From positions 28,924 to 92,923 of the forward strand of contig JAOUNI010000001.1 of assembly GCA_029881035.1 (NCBI GenBank): a stretch of 64,000 nucleotides of DNA, given 5' to 3'. The DNA is from Gammaproteobacteria bacterium. Lineage in GTDB: Bacteria; Pseudomonadota; Gammaproteobacteria; SZUA-229. Position 1 is the stretch's first letter. Each line of letters begins with the position of its first letter. Both the position numbers and the translations under genes were made by a program. Positions 10,674 to 23,035 of the stretch are shown in pieces. The notes under the pieces are model-generated. The model ran no database searches. It saw only the letters and a program-made list of their open reading frames with translations, and was not told the origin of the DNA.

Positions 10674-12197
10674 TTAAGATCGTTTCAACTGAGCAGGGCG
10701 CAGGCCAGCCAGCATGAGTGTGACAAAGTAAACCAGTATAGCCAGGGTAATAATGCCAGCAACATGGCTAACGCGCTCAACAACCGCCCAGTTAGTCCAT
10801 TGTGATAACTCGGGTGTGACCAGCGAGATAACCAGCGCCATTGTGATTCCGGCTATTGTAATCTGCACAAACAACTTAGCCCAACCTTTAATGGGCTGAA
10901 ATACTTTAGCTTTGCGTAATTTGTGATAAAGCATAAATGCATTTAAATAAGCCGAGCAGCTGGTAGCCAGTGCCAGGCCGACGTGGGGAGCCTCGTAGTT
11001 ATATAGCACCAGTGGCATGACAAACAAAATATTCAGCGCCATGTTACTGACCATGGCGATAATGCCAATGCGCACCGGTGTTTTAGTATCCTGACGGGCA
11101 TAGAAGCCGGGTGCTAATATTTTGATGAGAATGAACGCGGGCAGGCCGGTAATGTAAGCCATCAAACTTAAACTGGCGAGATAGGTGTCTGAAGTTGAAA
11201 ATTCACCGTATTGAAATAATGAAGCGAGTACCGGCCCGGCGAGCATAAACAGACCGATGCAGGCTGGTATGGAGATAATCAATACTAGCCGAACAGCCCA
11301 GTTCAGTGTCTGGTTGAACTCGTCTGCTGAATCACGAGCATGTTGATTGGATAAGGTGGGCAGAATCACGGTAGCGATGGCAATGCCAAATATGCCCAGC
11401 GGAAACTCAAGCAGGCGGTCCGAGTAATATAGCCAGGTCACGCTACCCACCATCAGAAAAGAAGCAATGACAGTATCGAGTAATAAATTAATTTGCGCTA
11501 CAGAGGAGCCGATGATGGCTGGTAGCATTAGTTTAAGAATTTTAGTGACGCCTTCATGGTGACGTTTGAACTGCGGTCTGGGAATGAGGCCAAGTTTTTT
11601 AAGAAACGGCAGCTGAAACAAAAATTGAAACAGGCCAGCCAGCGCCACACCCCAGGCCAGTGCCATTAGTGGCTCATCAAGTAATGGTGAAATCCAGATG
11701 GCGGCGGCGATCATGCAGAGGTTGAGTAGTACAGGTGTGAACGCGGGCGCTGAAAACTGGTTAAAGCTGTTGAGAATGCCACCGGCAAAAGCTACCAGTG
11801 CGATAAAAAAGAGATAGGAGAAGGTGATGCGTAGCATCTCTGCGGTAAGCTGGAAGCGTTCGGGGTCATCATGGAAGCCGGGCGCAAATAACCAGACTAG
11901 CACCGGTGCGGCGAGCGAGCCGATAATGGTGATCAATAACAGGATACCACCCAGTTTTCCGGCGACATGATTAACCAGGTCTTGAAGCTCTTCACGGCTA
12001 CGTTTTGTCTTGTATTCAGAAAATACAGGTACAAATGATTGTGAAAAAGCGCCTTCAGCAAATAGGCGGCGCATAAAATTCGGGATCTTGAAGGCGACCA
12101 GAAAAGCATCGGTGCCACCACTGGCACCAAAAAGGGTTGCCAGCGTGATATCACGCAGCAAACCGAAGATTCGGGAAAGTAGAGTCATACTGCCCAC
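10674..12197 (-). CDS. murJ: Lipid II flippase MurJ (MviN)
   Basis: 507 aa polytopic membrane protein. N-terminus SRIFGLLRDITLATLFGASGGTDAFLVAFKIPN matches the MurJ signature. GTG start. Confidence 0.93.
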   Translation of the reverse strand: MGSMTLLSRIFGLLRDITLATLFGASGGTDAFLVAFKIPNFMRRLFAEGAFSQSFVPVFSEYKTKRSREELQDLVNHVAGKLGGILLLITIIGSLAAPVLVWLFAPGFHDDPERFQLTAEMLRITFSYLFFIALVAFAGGILNSFNQFSAPAFTPVLLNLCMIAAAIWISPLLDEPLMALAWGVALAGLFQFLFQLPFLKKLGLIPRPQFKRHHEGVTKILKLMLPAIIGSSVAQINLLLDTVIASFLMVGSVTWLYYSDRLLEFPLGIFGIAIATVILPTLSNQHARDSADEFNQTLNWAVRLVLIISIPACIGLFMLAGPVLASLFQYGEFSTSDTYLASLSLMAYITGLPAFILIKILAPGFYARQDTKTPVRIGIIAMVSNMALNILFVMPLVLYNYEAPHVGLALATSCSAYLNAFMLYHKLRKAKVFQPIKGWAKLFVQITIAGITMALVISLVTPELSQWTNWAVVERVSHVAGIITLAILVYFVTLMLAGLRPAQLKRS

Positions 12198-12370
12198 GAT
12201 GAGAGATGACTGTAGTAATCTGGTGCTCAGCTTTAAGTTCCTTTGTGTGGTATAAGGTTCATTTTTGGTAAAATGTGCTGCGAAGGTCGCATTCTATCGA
12301 ATTTTGGTTGACAAAACCGGAAGAAACTGGCAATTTACGCGCTCTTTTTTATATAGACAGGTCCTTATTC

Positions 12371-12631
12371 GTGGCAAACTCAGCTTCAGCAAAAAAACGT
12401 GCTCGTCAGGCAGTAGTACGTCGTACTCGTAACGTGGGTGAACGCTCAATGATGCGCACCTGTATCAAGAAAGTTTATTATTCAATTGCGGCTGGCGACA
12501 AGGCAGCGGCTGAGGCGGCTTACAAAGAAGCCTGTCCTGTTATTGATCATATGGCCGGTAAAGGCATTATTCACATGAATAAAGCAGCGCGTCATAAGAG
12601 CAGAATGAATAACAACATTCGCGGCATGTAA
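12371..12631 (+). CDS. rpsT: 30S ribosomal protein S20
   Basis: GTG start. [17 protein letters not shown]...[10 protein letters not shown] matches the S20 N-terminus. Divergent from murJ as in enterics. Confidence 0.9.
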   Translation: MANSASAKKRARQAVVRRTRNVGERSMMRTCIKKVYYSIAAGDKAAAEAAYKEACPVIDHMAGKGIIHMNKAARHKSRMNNNIRGM

Positions 12632-12649
12632 GTTTTCCTTGCATGAGCA

Positions 12650-12685
12650 ATAAAAAAGTCGGTTTTAACCGGCTTTTTTATTGCT
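12650..12685. terminator. Bidirectional rho-independent terminator between rpsT and proB
   Basis: AAAAAGUCGGUU-UU-AACCGGCUUUUU hairpin flanked by A-run and T-run. Lies between convergent rpsT (+) and proB (-). Confidence 0.65.
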
Positions 12686-12702
12686 GTTTATAAAGTGCGC
12701 AT

Positions 12703-14836
<2,134 letters not shown>

Positions 14837-14887
14837 TCAGTTTAAAACTGATGTGAGTATAGTTGTTTTGTGATCATGATCCGAATA

Positions 14888-14916
14888 CAAAAAAAGCCCC
14901 AAATGGGGCTTTTTCC
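14888..14916. terminator. Rho-independent hairpin between rpmA and obg
   Basis: AAAAAGCCCCAAAUGGGGCUUUUU. Palindromic, so it functions on either strand. Confidence 0.6.
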
Positions 14917-14937
14917 GCAAAACTGTGTTGAACCACC

Positions 14938-15195
14938 TTATGCAGGGATAATATTAACAGTTTTGCGCTTTTCAAGTCCGGTGATGGAAAAGTGAACATG
15001 ACCATCAGCTTTAGCAAATAAAGTATGGTCACGACCCATGCCCATATTATTGCCCGCGTGAAACTTGGTGCCGCGTTGACGAACAATGATATTGCCAGCT
15101 TTAACTAGTTCGCCGCCAAACTTTTTAACGCCAAGTCGCTTGGATTCCGAATCTCTACCGTTTCTGGTACTACCGGCCGCTTTCTTATGTGCCAT
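14938..15195 (-). CDS. rpmA: 50S ribosomal protein L27
   Basis: [24 protein letters not shown]... is a canonical L27 sequence. Confidence 0.95.
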   Translation of the reverse strand: MAHKKAAGSTRNGRDSESKRLGVKKFGGELVKAGNIIVRQRGTKFHAGNNMGMGRDHTLFAKADGHVHFSITGLEKRKTVNIIPA

Positions 15196-15226
15196 TTTTA
15201 GTGACTCCTATAAATTTGTCTTGGAA

Positions 15227-15538
15227 CTAACCAGCAATGCCGGTGACTTCGATTTCAGTATAAGACTGACGATGACCGGTGCATTTCTGGCGATGTTTAC
15301 GACGACCGAATTTCATGATGGTCACTTTTTTACCGCGACCGTGGGCTTTAACAACAACGGTAACCTTGCCGCCTTTAACCAGCGGTGTACCAATGTTTAA
15401 TTTGTCGCCATCGGCGATCATCAGTACTTTGTCTAATTCGACAGAAGCACCTTCTTCAGCGTCTAGTTTCTCAACGCGAAGTACTTCGCCCTGAGTAAGT
15501 CTATACTGTTTTCCACCCGTGCTGACTACAGCGTACAT
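15227..15538 (-). CDS. rplU: 50S ribosomal protein L21
   Basis: [25 protein letters not shown] matches L21. rplU-rpmA pair. Confidence 0.95.
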   Translation of the reverse strand: MYAVVSTGGKQYRLTQGEVLRVEKLDAEEGASVELDKVLMIADGDKLNIGTPLVKGGKVTVVVKAHGRGKKVTIMKFGRRKHRQKCTGHRQSYTEIEVTGIAG

Positions 15539-15726
15539 GGGTTTTCTCCAAAATCGTTAACAGAAAGGGCGCAGATTGTACCGATAACAGCACTTTGTGG
15601 CAAGTACGAGAGAGCTATTAGTGCAGTTTTATTGATAAAAAACGAGTGGATCGGCTGTTTATCTTGACACTATACCTCTCTCCTACATAGGATGCGCACT
15701 CTTTTTAGTGATTTGACGGTATTTAA

Positions 15727-16722
15727 GTGTCTGAAAATAAGCCAGATTCCAGTTTGATTATCCAGCCGGTAATCGCACTTTGCCAGAATGATATGGAAGG
15801 CGTTAATGAGGTTATACGCCAGAGGTTGAGTTCGGAAGTGGCTCTGGTGAATCAGCTTGGGCATTATATTATAGATTCTGGTGGTAAACGACTGCGGCCG
15901 ATGCTGGTGGTGCTGGCGGCGCGCGCTTATGGTTATGAGGGTATCAGGCATCAGCTTTTAGCCGCTATTGTTGAATTTATTCATACCGCTACTTTATTAC
16001 ATGATGATGTAGTCGACGAATCCGAGTTACGTCGTGGCCGAGAAACGGCTAATGCCATGTTTGGTAATGCCGCTAGCGTACTGGTTGGTGATTTCCTGTA
16101 TTCAAGAGCGTTTGAAATGATGGTGGATGTGAACAGCATGCGGGTCATGGAAATACTGGCGCAGACTACCAATGTGATTGCTGAGGGCGAAGTCATGCAA
16201 TTGCTGAATGTGCATGATGCTGAAACCACTGAAGCACGTTATCGAGAAGTGATTCATTGCAAAACGGCTAAATTATTCGAAGCTGCAACGCGTCTGGGTG
16301 CGGTATTGTGTGATCGACCACGTGCCGAAGAAGACGCTATTGCACGTTATGGCATGCATCTGGGTTCTGCTTTCCAGTTGATTGATGATGTGCTCGATTA
16401 CAGCTCCAGTAGTGAAGATATGGGTAAAAATGTAGGTGATGATCTGGCTGAGGGTAAGCCTACTCTGCCGCTGATTTATGCCATGGGTCAGGGCAATAAA
16501 GCACAGTCGGATTTAATTCGCAAAGCTATTGAGCAGGGCGGCTACGATATGATCGATGAGGTGCAGGCCATTATTCATGAAACCGGTGCGCTGGACTACA
16601 CCTGCAAAGTGGCGCAGCAGGAAGCGGATAAGGCGATTGAGCAACTGACCCACTTACCGGAATCTGAATATAAACAGGCGCTTGAGAAACTGGCGCTGTT
16701 TTCAGTACAGCGCAAGGCCTGA
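15727..16722 (+). CDS. ispB: Octaprenyl diphosphate synthase
   Basis: Two DDxxD motifs (LLHDDVVDE, LIDDVLD). Near-collinear with E. coli IspB. Divergent from rplU as in E. coli. Confidence 0.93.
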   Translation: MSENKPDSSLIIQPVIALCQNDMEGVNEVIRQRLSSEVALVNQLGHYIIDSGGKRLRPMLVVLAARAYGYEGIRHQLLAAIVEFIHTATLLHDDVVDESELRRGRETANAMFGNAASVLVGDFLYSRAFEMMVDVNSMRVMEILAQTTNVIAEGEVMQLLNVHDAETTEARYREVIHCKTAKLFEAATRLGAVLCDRPRAEEDAIARYGMHLGSAFQLIDDVLDYSSSSEDMGKNVGDDLAEGKPTLPLIYAMGQGNKAQSDLIRKAIEQGGYDMIDEVQAIIHETGALDYTCKVAQQEADKAIEQLTHLPESEYKQALEKLALFSVQRKA

Positions 16723-16750
16723 TTTCATCAAGTATTCAAACTGCTATAAT
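16722..16750 (+). promoter_or_regulatory. Putative sigma70 promoter (-10 TATAAT at 16745-16750) for tRNA-Pro
   Basis: Perfect TATAAT hexamer 10 nt upstream of the tRNA 5' end. The -35 match is weak. Confidence 0.35.
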
Positions 16751-16759
16751 CAGGCGCTT

Positions 16760-16836
16760 CGGAGTGTAGCTCAGCTTGGTAGAGTACTACGTTCGGGACG
16801 TAGGGGCCGGAGGTTCAAATCCTCTCACTCCGACCA
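16760..16836 (+). tRNA. tRNA-Pro (anticodon CGG)
   Basis: 77 nt. Acceptor stem CGGAGTG/CACTCCG. Anticodon loop TTCGGGA gives CGG. TPsiC arm GGTTCAAATCC. Ends in CCA. Confidence 0.9.
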
Positions 16837-16885
16837 ATTATCTGGTGGTTGTGGGGTGGCTCATGATTAAAATAGAGTAAAGGCT

Positions 16886-17509
16886 GTGGCAAAAGGTAAT
16901 TTATATATCATTTCAGCGCCTTCGGGTGCAGGCAAAAGCAGCCTGGTTTCAGCGCTGGTCAAAGACTGGCCTGATACCGAGGTTTCTGTATCTCATACTA
17001 CGCGTGCAATTCGCCCGGGTGAAATAGATGGTGTGAATTACCACTTTGTCGATGAAGCTACTTTTGTCGATATGATTGATCGGGGGTTGTTTCTGGAGCA
17101 CGCCCAGGTATTTGATAATCGCTATGGAACATCACGCCAGAGTATTCAGGAGCAGTTACTAAAAGGCAAAGATGTGATTCTGGAAATTGACTGGCAGGGT
17201 GCGCGACAGATCAGACAGCTGGTCAGCGACTGTAAAACCATATATATTCTGCCGCCCAGCATTGCTGCATTGAGAGAACGGCTGCAAAAACGCGGGCAGG
17301 ATGATGATAAACTGATCGAAAGACGGATGCGCGATGCGGTCAGCGAGATGTCGCATTATAGTGAGTTTGACTATATAGTAATCAATGATGATTTCGAGCA
17401 GGCAAAAAATGACTTGTCTGCGATATTTGTTAGTAATCGGCTGTTAAAAGAGTTTCAACAGGAGCAGCATATCGATTTACTGGCAGAGTTACTGACCACA
17501 GAGATTTAG
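16886..17509 (+). CDS. gmk: Guanylate kinase
   Basis: [16 protein letters not shown]-loop. Collinear with E. coli Gmk. GTG start. gmk-rpoZ-spoT order. Confidence 0.95.
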   Translation: MAKGNLYIISAPSGAGKSSLVSALVKDWPDTEVSVSHTTRAIRPGEIDGVNYHFVDEATFVDMIDRGLFLEHAQVFDNRYGTSRQSIQEQLLKGKDVILEIDWQGARQIRQLVSDCKTIYILPPSIAALRERLQKRGQDDDKLIERRMRDAVSEMSHYSEFDYIVINDDFEQAKNDLSAIFVSNRLLKEFQQEQHIDLLAELLTTEI

Positions 17510-17546
17510 TGGTTTTTTTTCGATAAAACTGGAGTATGAATTTGTT

Positions 17547-17810
17547 ATGGCACGTTTAACCGTAGAAGATTGTCTGGATCATGTTGAAAACCGATTTGCA
17601 TTAGTGTTGCTGGCAACGCGCAGGGCGCGTCAACTGGCTATGGGCGCAGATCCATTGTTGCCAGTAGATAATGATAAACCGACTGTACTGGCTTTACGAG
17701 AAATTGCAGAAAACCTGATTAATGAAGAAGTCCTGAACGGAGCTGTTATTCGACAGGATGAAGTTGAAGCGTTGATTGAAGGTGATTTGCAGGATTTCGA
17801 TAAGTATTAA
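17547..17810 (+). CDS. rpoZ: DNA-directed RNA polymerase subunit omega
   Basis: [30 protein letters not shown] is a canonical RpoZ sequence. Confidence 0.95.
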   Translation: MARLTVEDCLDHVENRFALVLLATRRARQLAMGADPLLPVDNDKPTVLALREIAENLINEEVLNGAVIRQDEVEALIEGDLQDFDKY

Positions 17811-17827
17811 TCGATGGTTTATTTGTC

Positions 17828-20005
17828 TTGAAGTCAGAACCGGTTGCCAGTGACAACGAAATTACAGAAGGCATCGATAGCCGGTTTCTGATATCAGACT
17901 TATGCGATTTAGTCGCAGGTTATATGGACCAGGAGCAGGTCCAGGAAGTTTATCAGGCGTACCTGTTTGGTGCGCAAGCTCATGATGGTCAGATTCGCCA
18001 GTCAGGTGAACCTTATATTTACCACCCCCTCGCCGTAGCAAGAATTCTTGCGTCCATGCACATGGATGTAAAGAGCATTGTAGCCTGCATTTTGCACGAT
18101 GTGCTTGAAGATACCCCGGCCACGCGTACTGCCATCGAAGAAACATTTGGAGAAGATGTAGCTCACCTGGTTGATGGCGTCAGCAAGCTCACCCATATTA
18201 AATTTAAAAATAAAATTGAACAGCAAGCTGAGAACATTCAAAAAGTATTGATGGCGATGGCGAAAGATATTCGCGTTATTATGATCAAGCTGGCTGATCG
18301 TCTACACAACATGCGCACGCTTGGCTCTTTGCGTCCAGACAAGCGACGTAGAATTGCAATGGAAACGCTCGAAATTTATATCCCTATCGCTAATCGTCTG
18401 GGTATTTATACTATTCGGCATGAAATGGAAGATCTGGTCTTAAAGGCAATGTATCCATTGCGTTACAAAATACTCGAACATGCGGTAAGTAAAGCCAGTG
18501 GCCACCGTAAAGAAGTTATTAATAAAATTGATAAGGCGTTAGTAACCAGGCTGAATGAAATGGGTATGGATGCTGAAGTACAGAAGCGTAAAAAACATTT
18601 GTTTAGTTTGTATAAGAAAATGCGCGATAAACATTTATCGTTCAATAAAGTATTTGATGTTTATGCGATACGAGTATTAGTTGATACGGTTGACGAATGC
18701 TATCGAGTGCTGGGTGTTGTGCATAATTTATTTAAACCAATACCTGGGCGTTTTAAAGATTACATTGCTATTCCCAAGAGTAATGGTTATCAATCATTGC
18801 ACACTGCGTTGTATGGTCCGCATGGTATACCTATGGAAGTACAAATTCGTACAGAAGAGATGGATCTTTTTGCAGAGAGTGGCATTGCGGCGCACTGGTT
18901 ATATAAATCACCAGATGAATCTGGCATGACTGGTGCACATGCACGTGCACGTGACTGGCTTACTGGTATTCTGGAGATGCAGCAATCAGCCGGTGACTCG
19001 CTGGAATTTCTCGAAAATGTAAAAGTCGATTTATTTCATGATGAAGTCTATGTTTACACGCCAGAAGGGGACATCATAAAACTGCCGCGCAATGCGACTC
19101 CGGTTGATTTTGCTTACATGGTACATACTGATATAGGCAATAGCTGTGTGGCGGCTAAACTTGATCACACCTTTGCTCCGCTAAATACGCCTTTATATAG
19201 TGGTCAGACTGTAGAAATAATTACATCATCATCAGCACGGCCCAATCCGGCGTGGTTAAATTATGTGGTGACAGTTAAGGCGCGCAGCAATATCAGAAAT
19301 TTTTTGAAAAATATGCGGGCAGATGAAGCGGTATCACAGGGTCGTCGACTGTTTGAGCGCTGTTTAAAAGGACTGGGTTTGCGACTGGAAGATGTGCCAG
19401 AAGAATCGATGAAGAATGTACTGGAAGAATACGGCTTCAAATCTGTTGCTGAATTGTTAGAGGACGTTGGTATGGGTAATCGATCAGCCAGTCTGGTAGT
19501 TAGACGTCTGGTGCCGGAGCGTGTGGCTCAGGGTGAGTCGGAAGAGACGCGCGAAATGCGATCACAATCACCGCTTGCAATTGATGGAACAGAAGGCATG
19601 GTGGTGTCCTATGGTAAATGTTGTTTTCCCATACCAGGTGATAGTGTCATTGGTATATTGAGCAAGGGTCGTGGCATCGTTATCCATCGTGAAGAATGTA
19701 AAAATATTAGTCAGACACGTGTTGAAATTGACAAGTGTATTGATGTGAAATGGTCAGAGGACGCAGAAGGAAGTTTTAGTTGCTGTATTCGTATGGATGT
19801 TGCCAATAAGCCCGGTGTGTTGGCAAGAACAGCTACGATTATTTCAGATGAAGGTGCCGATATTGAAGATGTTGCAGTCGAAGACCGTGATGGATTTACT
19901 ACTACTATTACTTATCAAATTAGTCTGCAGGGGCGAGCGCATCTCGCTAGCATTATGCGTCGATTAAGGAAGGCGCCTAATGTTTTGAAGATTTGGCGGA
20001 TATAA
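17828..20005 (+). CDS. spoT: Bifunctional (p)ppGpp synthetase/hydrolase SpoT/RelA family
   Basis: HD hydrolase domain (HPLAVA...HDVLEDT), synthetase domain (YIAIPKSNGYQSLHT), TGS and ACT regions. Near-collinear with E. coli SpoT. Start codon uncertain (TTG at 17828 or nearby). Confidence 0.93.
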   Translation: MKSEPVASDNEITEGIDSRFLISDLCDLVAGYMDQEQVQEVYQAYLFGAQAHDGQIRQSGEPYIYHPLAVARILASMHMDVKSIVACILHDVLEDTPATRTAIEETFGEDVAHLVDGVSKLTHIKFKNKIEQQAENIQKVLMAMAKDIRVIMIKLADRLHNMRTLGSLRPDKRRRIAMETLEIYIPIANRLGIYTIRHEMEDLVLKAMYPLRYKILEHAVSKASGHRKEVINKIDKALVTRLNEMGMDAEVQKRKKHLFSLYKKMRDKHLSFNKVFDVYAIRVLVDTVDECYRVLGVVHNLFKPIPGRFKDYIAIPKSNGYQSLHTALYGPHGIPMEVQIRTEEMDLFAESGIAAHWLYKSPDESGMTGAHARARDWLTGILEMQQSAGDSLEFLENVKVDLFHDEVYVYTPEGDIIKLPRNATPVDFAYMVHTDIGNSCVAAKLDHTFAPLNTPLYSGQTVEIITSSSARPNPAWLNYVVTVKARSNIRNFLKNMRADEAVSQGRRLFERCLKGLGLRLEDVPEESMKNVLEEYGFKSVAELLEDVGMGNRSASLVVRRLVPERVAQGESEETREMRSQSPLAIDGTEGMVVSYGKCCFPIPGDSVIGILSKGRGIVIHREECKNISQTRVEIDKCIDVKWSEDAEGSFSCCIRMDVANKPGVLARTATIISDEGADIEDVAVEDRDGFTTTITYQISLQGRAHLASIMRRLRKAPNVLKIWRI

Positions 20006-20033
20006 AAAGCAGGTTAACTAACCTGCTTTTTTA
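20006..20033. terminator. Bidirectional rho-independent terminator shared by convergent spoT and the phnA-like gene
   Basis: AAAAAGCAGGUUAACUAACCUGCUUUUUU. Hairpin with flanking A/T runs. The phnA-like stop codon lies within the stem. Confidence 0.7.
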
Positions 20034-20598
20034 CGAACTTTGTTAATATAACAATACGTTGGCCTTCAACTCGACCTTCAATATGTTCCGAGTTGTCGGC
20101 AACCAGTGAAATTCCACGGACTGCAGTGCCGCGTTTGGCTGTAAAGTTAGCGCCTTTGACATCCAGATCTTTGATTAGCGTTACGGTATCACCGGTTTCC
20201 AGCACTGCGCCATTGCTATCAATATGTTTAACGGTGTCTTCATTGTTTTTATCGATATCATCAGCTTTTGCCCAGGCGAGAGTTGTTTCACCAAGATAGA
20301 GTATGTCGAGTAAGTCCTGTGGCCAGCCCTCAGCTCTTAGGCGTGTGAGCATACGCCATGCCAAAACCTGCACGGCAGGAATCTGGCTCCACATGCTTTC
20401 ATTAAGGCAACGCCAGTGATTAACATCAACATTGTCAGGGTTTTCGATTTGATCTCGACAGGTCGCACAAATAAAAACGTACTCTTCCACGTTACTATTC
20501 GAAGTAGATAGGACATTATAGCTAGCCAGGTTTTCTGTTGTTCTGCATAGCTCACATTTTGATTCACTGCGTTCTAGTAATTTTTCTTCAGTGTTCAT
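20014..20598 (-). CDS. PhnA-family protein (Zn-ribbon N-terminal region plus PhnA C-terminal domain)
   Basis: Cys pairs CELC...CATC in the N-terminal part. C-terminal GDTVTLIKDLDVKG...FTAKRGTAVRGI resembles the PhnA/YjdC domain. Family assignment from memory. Confidence 0.65.
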   Translation of the reverse strand: MNTEEKLLERSESKCELCRTTENLASYNVLSTSNSNVEEYVFICATCRDQIENPDNVDVNHWRCLNESMWSQIPAVQVLAWRMLTRLRAEGWPQDLLDILYLGETTLAWAKADDIDKNNEDTVKHIDSNGAVLETGDTVTLIKDLDVKGANFTAKRGTAVRGISLVADNSEHIEGRVEGQRIVILTKFVKKQVS

Positions 20599-20669
20599 TA
20601 TTTAACGGTTCTAAAAGTTGGTAGACGATATTGTATAGAAAATAAGAGATAAGGTTGTTTATAAGAAAG

Positions 20670-21326
20670 CTAAATTAAGCCTTCATCGTTTTTTTCATTA
20701 GTGGGCTGTTGAGATTTTTCCTGTTGTTCTCGACGGTGTTTCATTTTATTAATGGCATCACGTAGTGATTCATTCATTTTATTCATGCCCCTGAGTAGTG
20801 TTTCGTTCATTTCTTTAGAGCCTTCCTGAATAAGCTCATTGAGCATATCAGTGCCATCTTCCAGGACTTGGTCAATGGAATTTAAATTTTTCTCTAAGGC
20901 GTCGGACAATTGATTATCATCAGAAGGTTTTTTATGAATAGGTATTTGCGTGTGCGAAGCATCGATTTTCCACTGGCCGTCTTCCAATGTTAATACGGTA
21001 TCGAAAGAAACATGATTTTCGTTTTTAGTATTTAGATTATGATTTGTGCTGGCCGCTGGGTTTTCAATGATAGTGGTGCTAACAATCGCATGCTCATTAC
21101 CTAGTTTAATCTCATTCTCTGCAATCTTGTTTTGATCTGGAAGTTTGAGATAGTTATCAAAATTACTTTGAGTGTTTTTAGAAACGAGATTTTTTGCAGC
21201 TGTAATATCGCCAATTTTAAGAGCGTGCCAGTATTTTTGTGCGACCTGCGTAGGCGTATCAGTGCTTTGTTGGCAGGAAGTGAGGCTAATAATGGTCAGT
21301 AAGATAAAAAGTGGTGAGAGATTCAT
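20670..21326 (-). CDS. Lipoprotein, DUF4878/NTF2-like (hypothetical)
   Basis: Lipobox LTSC after the signal peptide. N-terminal QKYWHALKIGDITAAKNLVS is typical of the DUF4878 family. AT-rich, acidic/lysine-rich tail. Confidence 0.55.
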   Translation of the reverse strand: MNLSPLFILLTIISLTSCQQSTDTPTQVAQKYWHALKIGDITAAKNLVSKNTQSNFDNYLKLPDQNKIAENEIKLGNEHAIVSTTIIENPAASTNHNLNTKNENHVSFDTVLTLEDGQWKIDASHTQIPIHKKPSDDNQLSDALEKNLNSIDQVLEDGTDMLNELIQEGSKEMNETLLRGMNKMNESLRDAINKMKHRREQQEKSQQPTNEKNDEGLI

Positions 21327-21710
21327 AGAATATCTGCCATAGCTATATGATGTCTATTATGAGGGTAAAAAGCATTTTACTTTATATTTATATTGTCTGG
21401 GTAATGCAAGTATATAATTCTAGCTACGCTTTTATTTACCAAAACAGGTGCTGCTGCTATGCAGCGCAGTAGCAACAGGGCTATACGACGATAGTATGGT
21501 AAGTAATATTTGGTCATAATATAGCCAATTGTAAATTCAGGCGAAACGACCGGGCAGGACCATGATTGACTGTGGATCTTTTTTGCCTGGATAATTAACG
21601 GACTAGATTTAATAAAGACAATGATAAAGCGGCTATACCAGATCAGGGAAGTCAGTGGTTAAAGAGTGCATGGAGAAGCCATAAGCATACGGCAGTCGGT
21701 CCAGGTGAGG

Positions 21711-22086
21711 TCAGGAGATTTTAATTCTAACCACTTTCATGAATTCCAGTTCAATGCCTGCGATCGATTCATCGCTGGGATAATAAGTCAGATTAACACG
21801 CTGGCCTGTCAGATTTTTGTATTGTTTTTTACGCTTGTACTTAAAAGGAATGTCACAGCCCTCAATCAAGATGGTATTCAAGATCCATTCATCCTGCTTC
21901 CTTTGCACGTGCGAGGTAACCCTGGCCATGTCTGAGTGAGTCAGCTGTGGGTGTTTTTTTAATAATTTTTTTGGTTCTGATATCAATGTAAATGAGTGTT
22001 CTCGTAATTATTGACTTTTTGATGGGCGCTTGTTTATTAGCAATCATCATTAAATCCTTCTGCAGCAGGCTATTATAAGCTAGCAC
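21711..22086 (-). pseudogene. Small hypothetical gene split by a 1-nt frameshift in an A7 homopolymer tract (two overlapping ORFs, 65 aa and 91 aa)
   Basis: ORF 21889-22086 (-) and ORF 21711-21986 (-) join into one continuous reading (…TKKIIKK/HPQLTHSDMARVTSHV…) if one A is removed from the run near 21955-21961. Function unknown. Confidence 0.4.
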
Positions 22087-22326
22087 AACGATGTATGTGG
22101 TTATTTATTATTGACGAGATAATTATTGTATTAGTATGTCGTATATAGGCGTAATAGCCGGTAACTGGGTGATTGATATATTTAGCCTTTATATTAGTGA
22201 GAGATTAAACTGAATAGTGGCGATAACTGATTTTTATCAAGAATGTATCTATATATTTCCTGATAAAGTGTAAAACAGTCAAGCTCATTTAGGGGTGGCT
22301 AAACAACAAATTAATGAGGTTATATT

Positions 22327-22779
22327 ATGCTGGTTAAAGACATTATGACAACAAATGTACGTACTGTCACATCTGATAAAAAACTGGGGGAAGTAGTTTC
22401 GTTGATGTGTATATATCGATACAGCGGCATACCTGTTGTAGATGACGGGAAGTTGGTGGGTACGGTATCTGAGAGTGATGTACTGGGAAAAATGTTTCCA
22501 AAGCTTGAGGATCTAATGGATAGTATGTCTATGGTTGATTATGAAGCTTTGATGAAGCAGTACGCTAATGTAGTTAACGTACAGGTTAAGGATGTAATGA
22601 CGCCAACAGTCATTACGATAAAACCAGGCATGCATATCTTGCAGGCTGCTTCACTGATGTGCGGTAGAAAGTTTCGTCGTATACCTGTGGCAATAGGGGA
22701 TGAGTTGGTCGGTATGGTGAGTATGGGTGATGTGCATAAGGCGATCTTTCAGAGCACAGTGGCGACAAAACTTTCATAG
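22327..22779 (+). CDS. CBS domain pair protein
   Basis: Two CBS motifs (VKDIMTTNVRTV...IPVVDDGKLVGTVSESDVL and VKDVMTPTVITI...IPVAIGDELVGMVSMGDV). Confidence 0.85.
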   Translation: MLVKDIMTTNVRTVTSDKKLGEVVSLMCIYRYSGIPVVDDGKLVGTVSESDVLGKMFPKLEDLMDSMSMVDYEALMKQYANVVNVQVKDVMTPTVITIKPGMHILQAASLMCGRKFRRIPVAIGDELVGMVSMGDVHKAIFQSTVATKLS

Positions 22780-23035
22780 AGGGATAAAAAGAAAGGTATA
22801 TGTTAGTTATGCTGAAAGAGTGATTAGTGCAATTATGAATTGTGGTCTGATATAGGTTTATTATGATTTGCTTATGTTCAATCCTTTATATAGGGAAATA
22901 TATTGATAAGTAACGTGGTACTGTAATATTTAGCGATATGCTGGGAACAGATAAGCTTCATTTCATGTGCTATTATCGATCAATTGTTATTTATTAAAGG
23001 AATAATCGATTTGCTGAGAGGCAGATAAGTTGCAG

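Noticed and set aside
12198-12370. Possible upstream extension of murJ beyond the GTG at 12197
   Set aside because: The frame stays open upstream but has no canonical start. GTG gives an N-terminus consistent with MurJ.
17828-17910. Alternative spoT start codons
   Set aside because: No ATG aligns with the E. coli start. TTG at 17828 is kept as listed. Ambiguity noted rather than a feature.
21451-21480. Imperfect palindrome TGCTGCTATGCAGCGCAGTAGCA and an 11-codon micro-ORF upstream of the lipoprotein gene
   Set aside because: The pairing is imperfect and the micro-ORF has no RBS. Too weak to call an sRNA or leader peptide.
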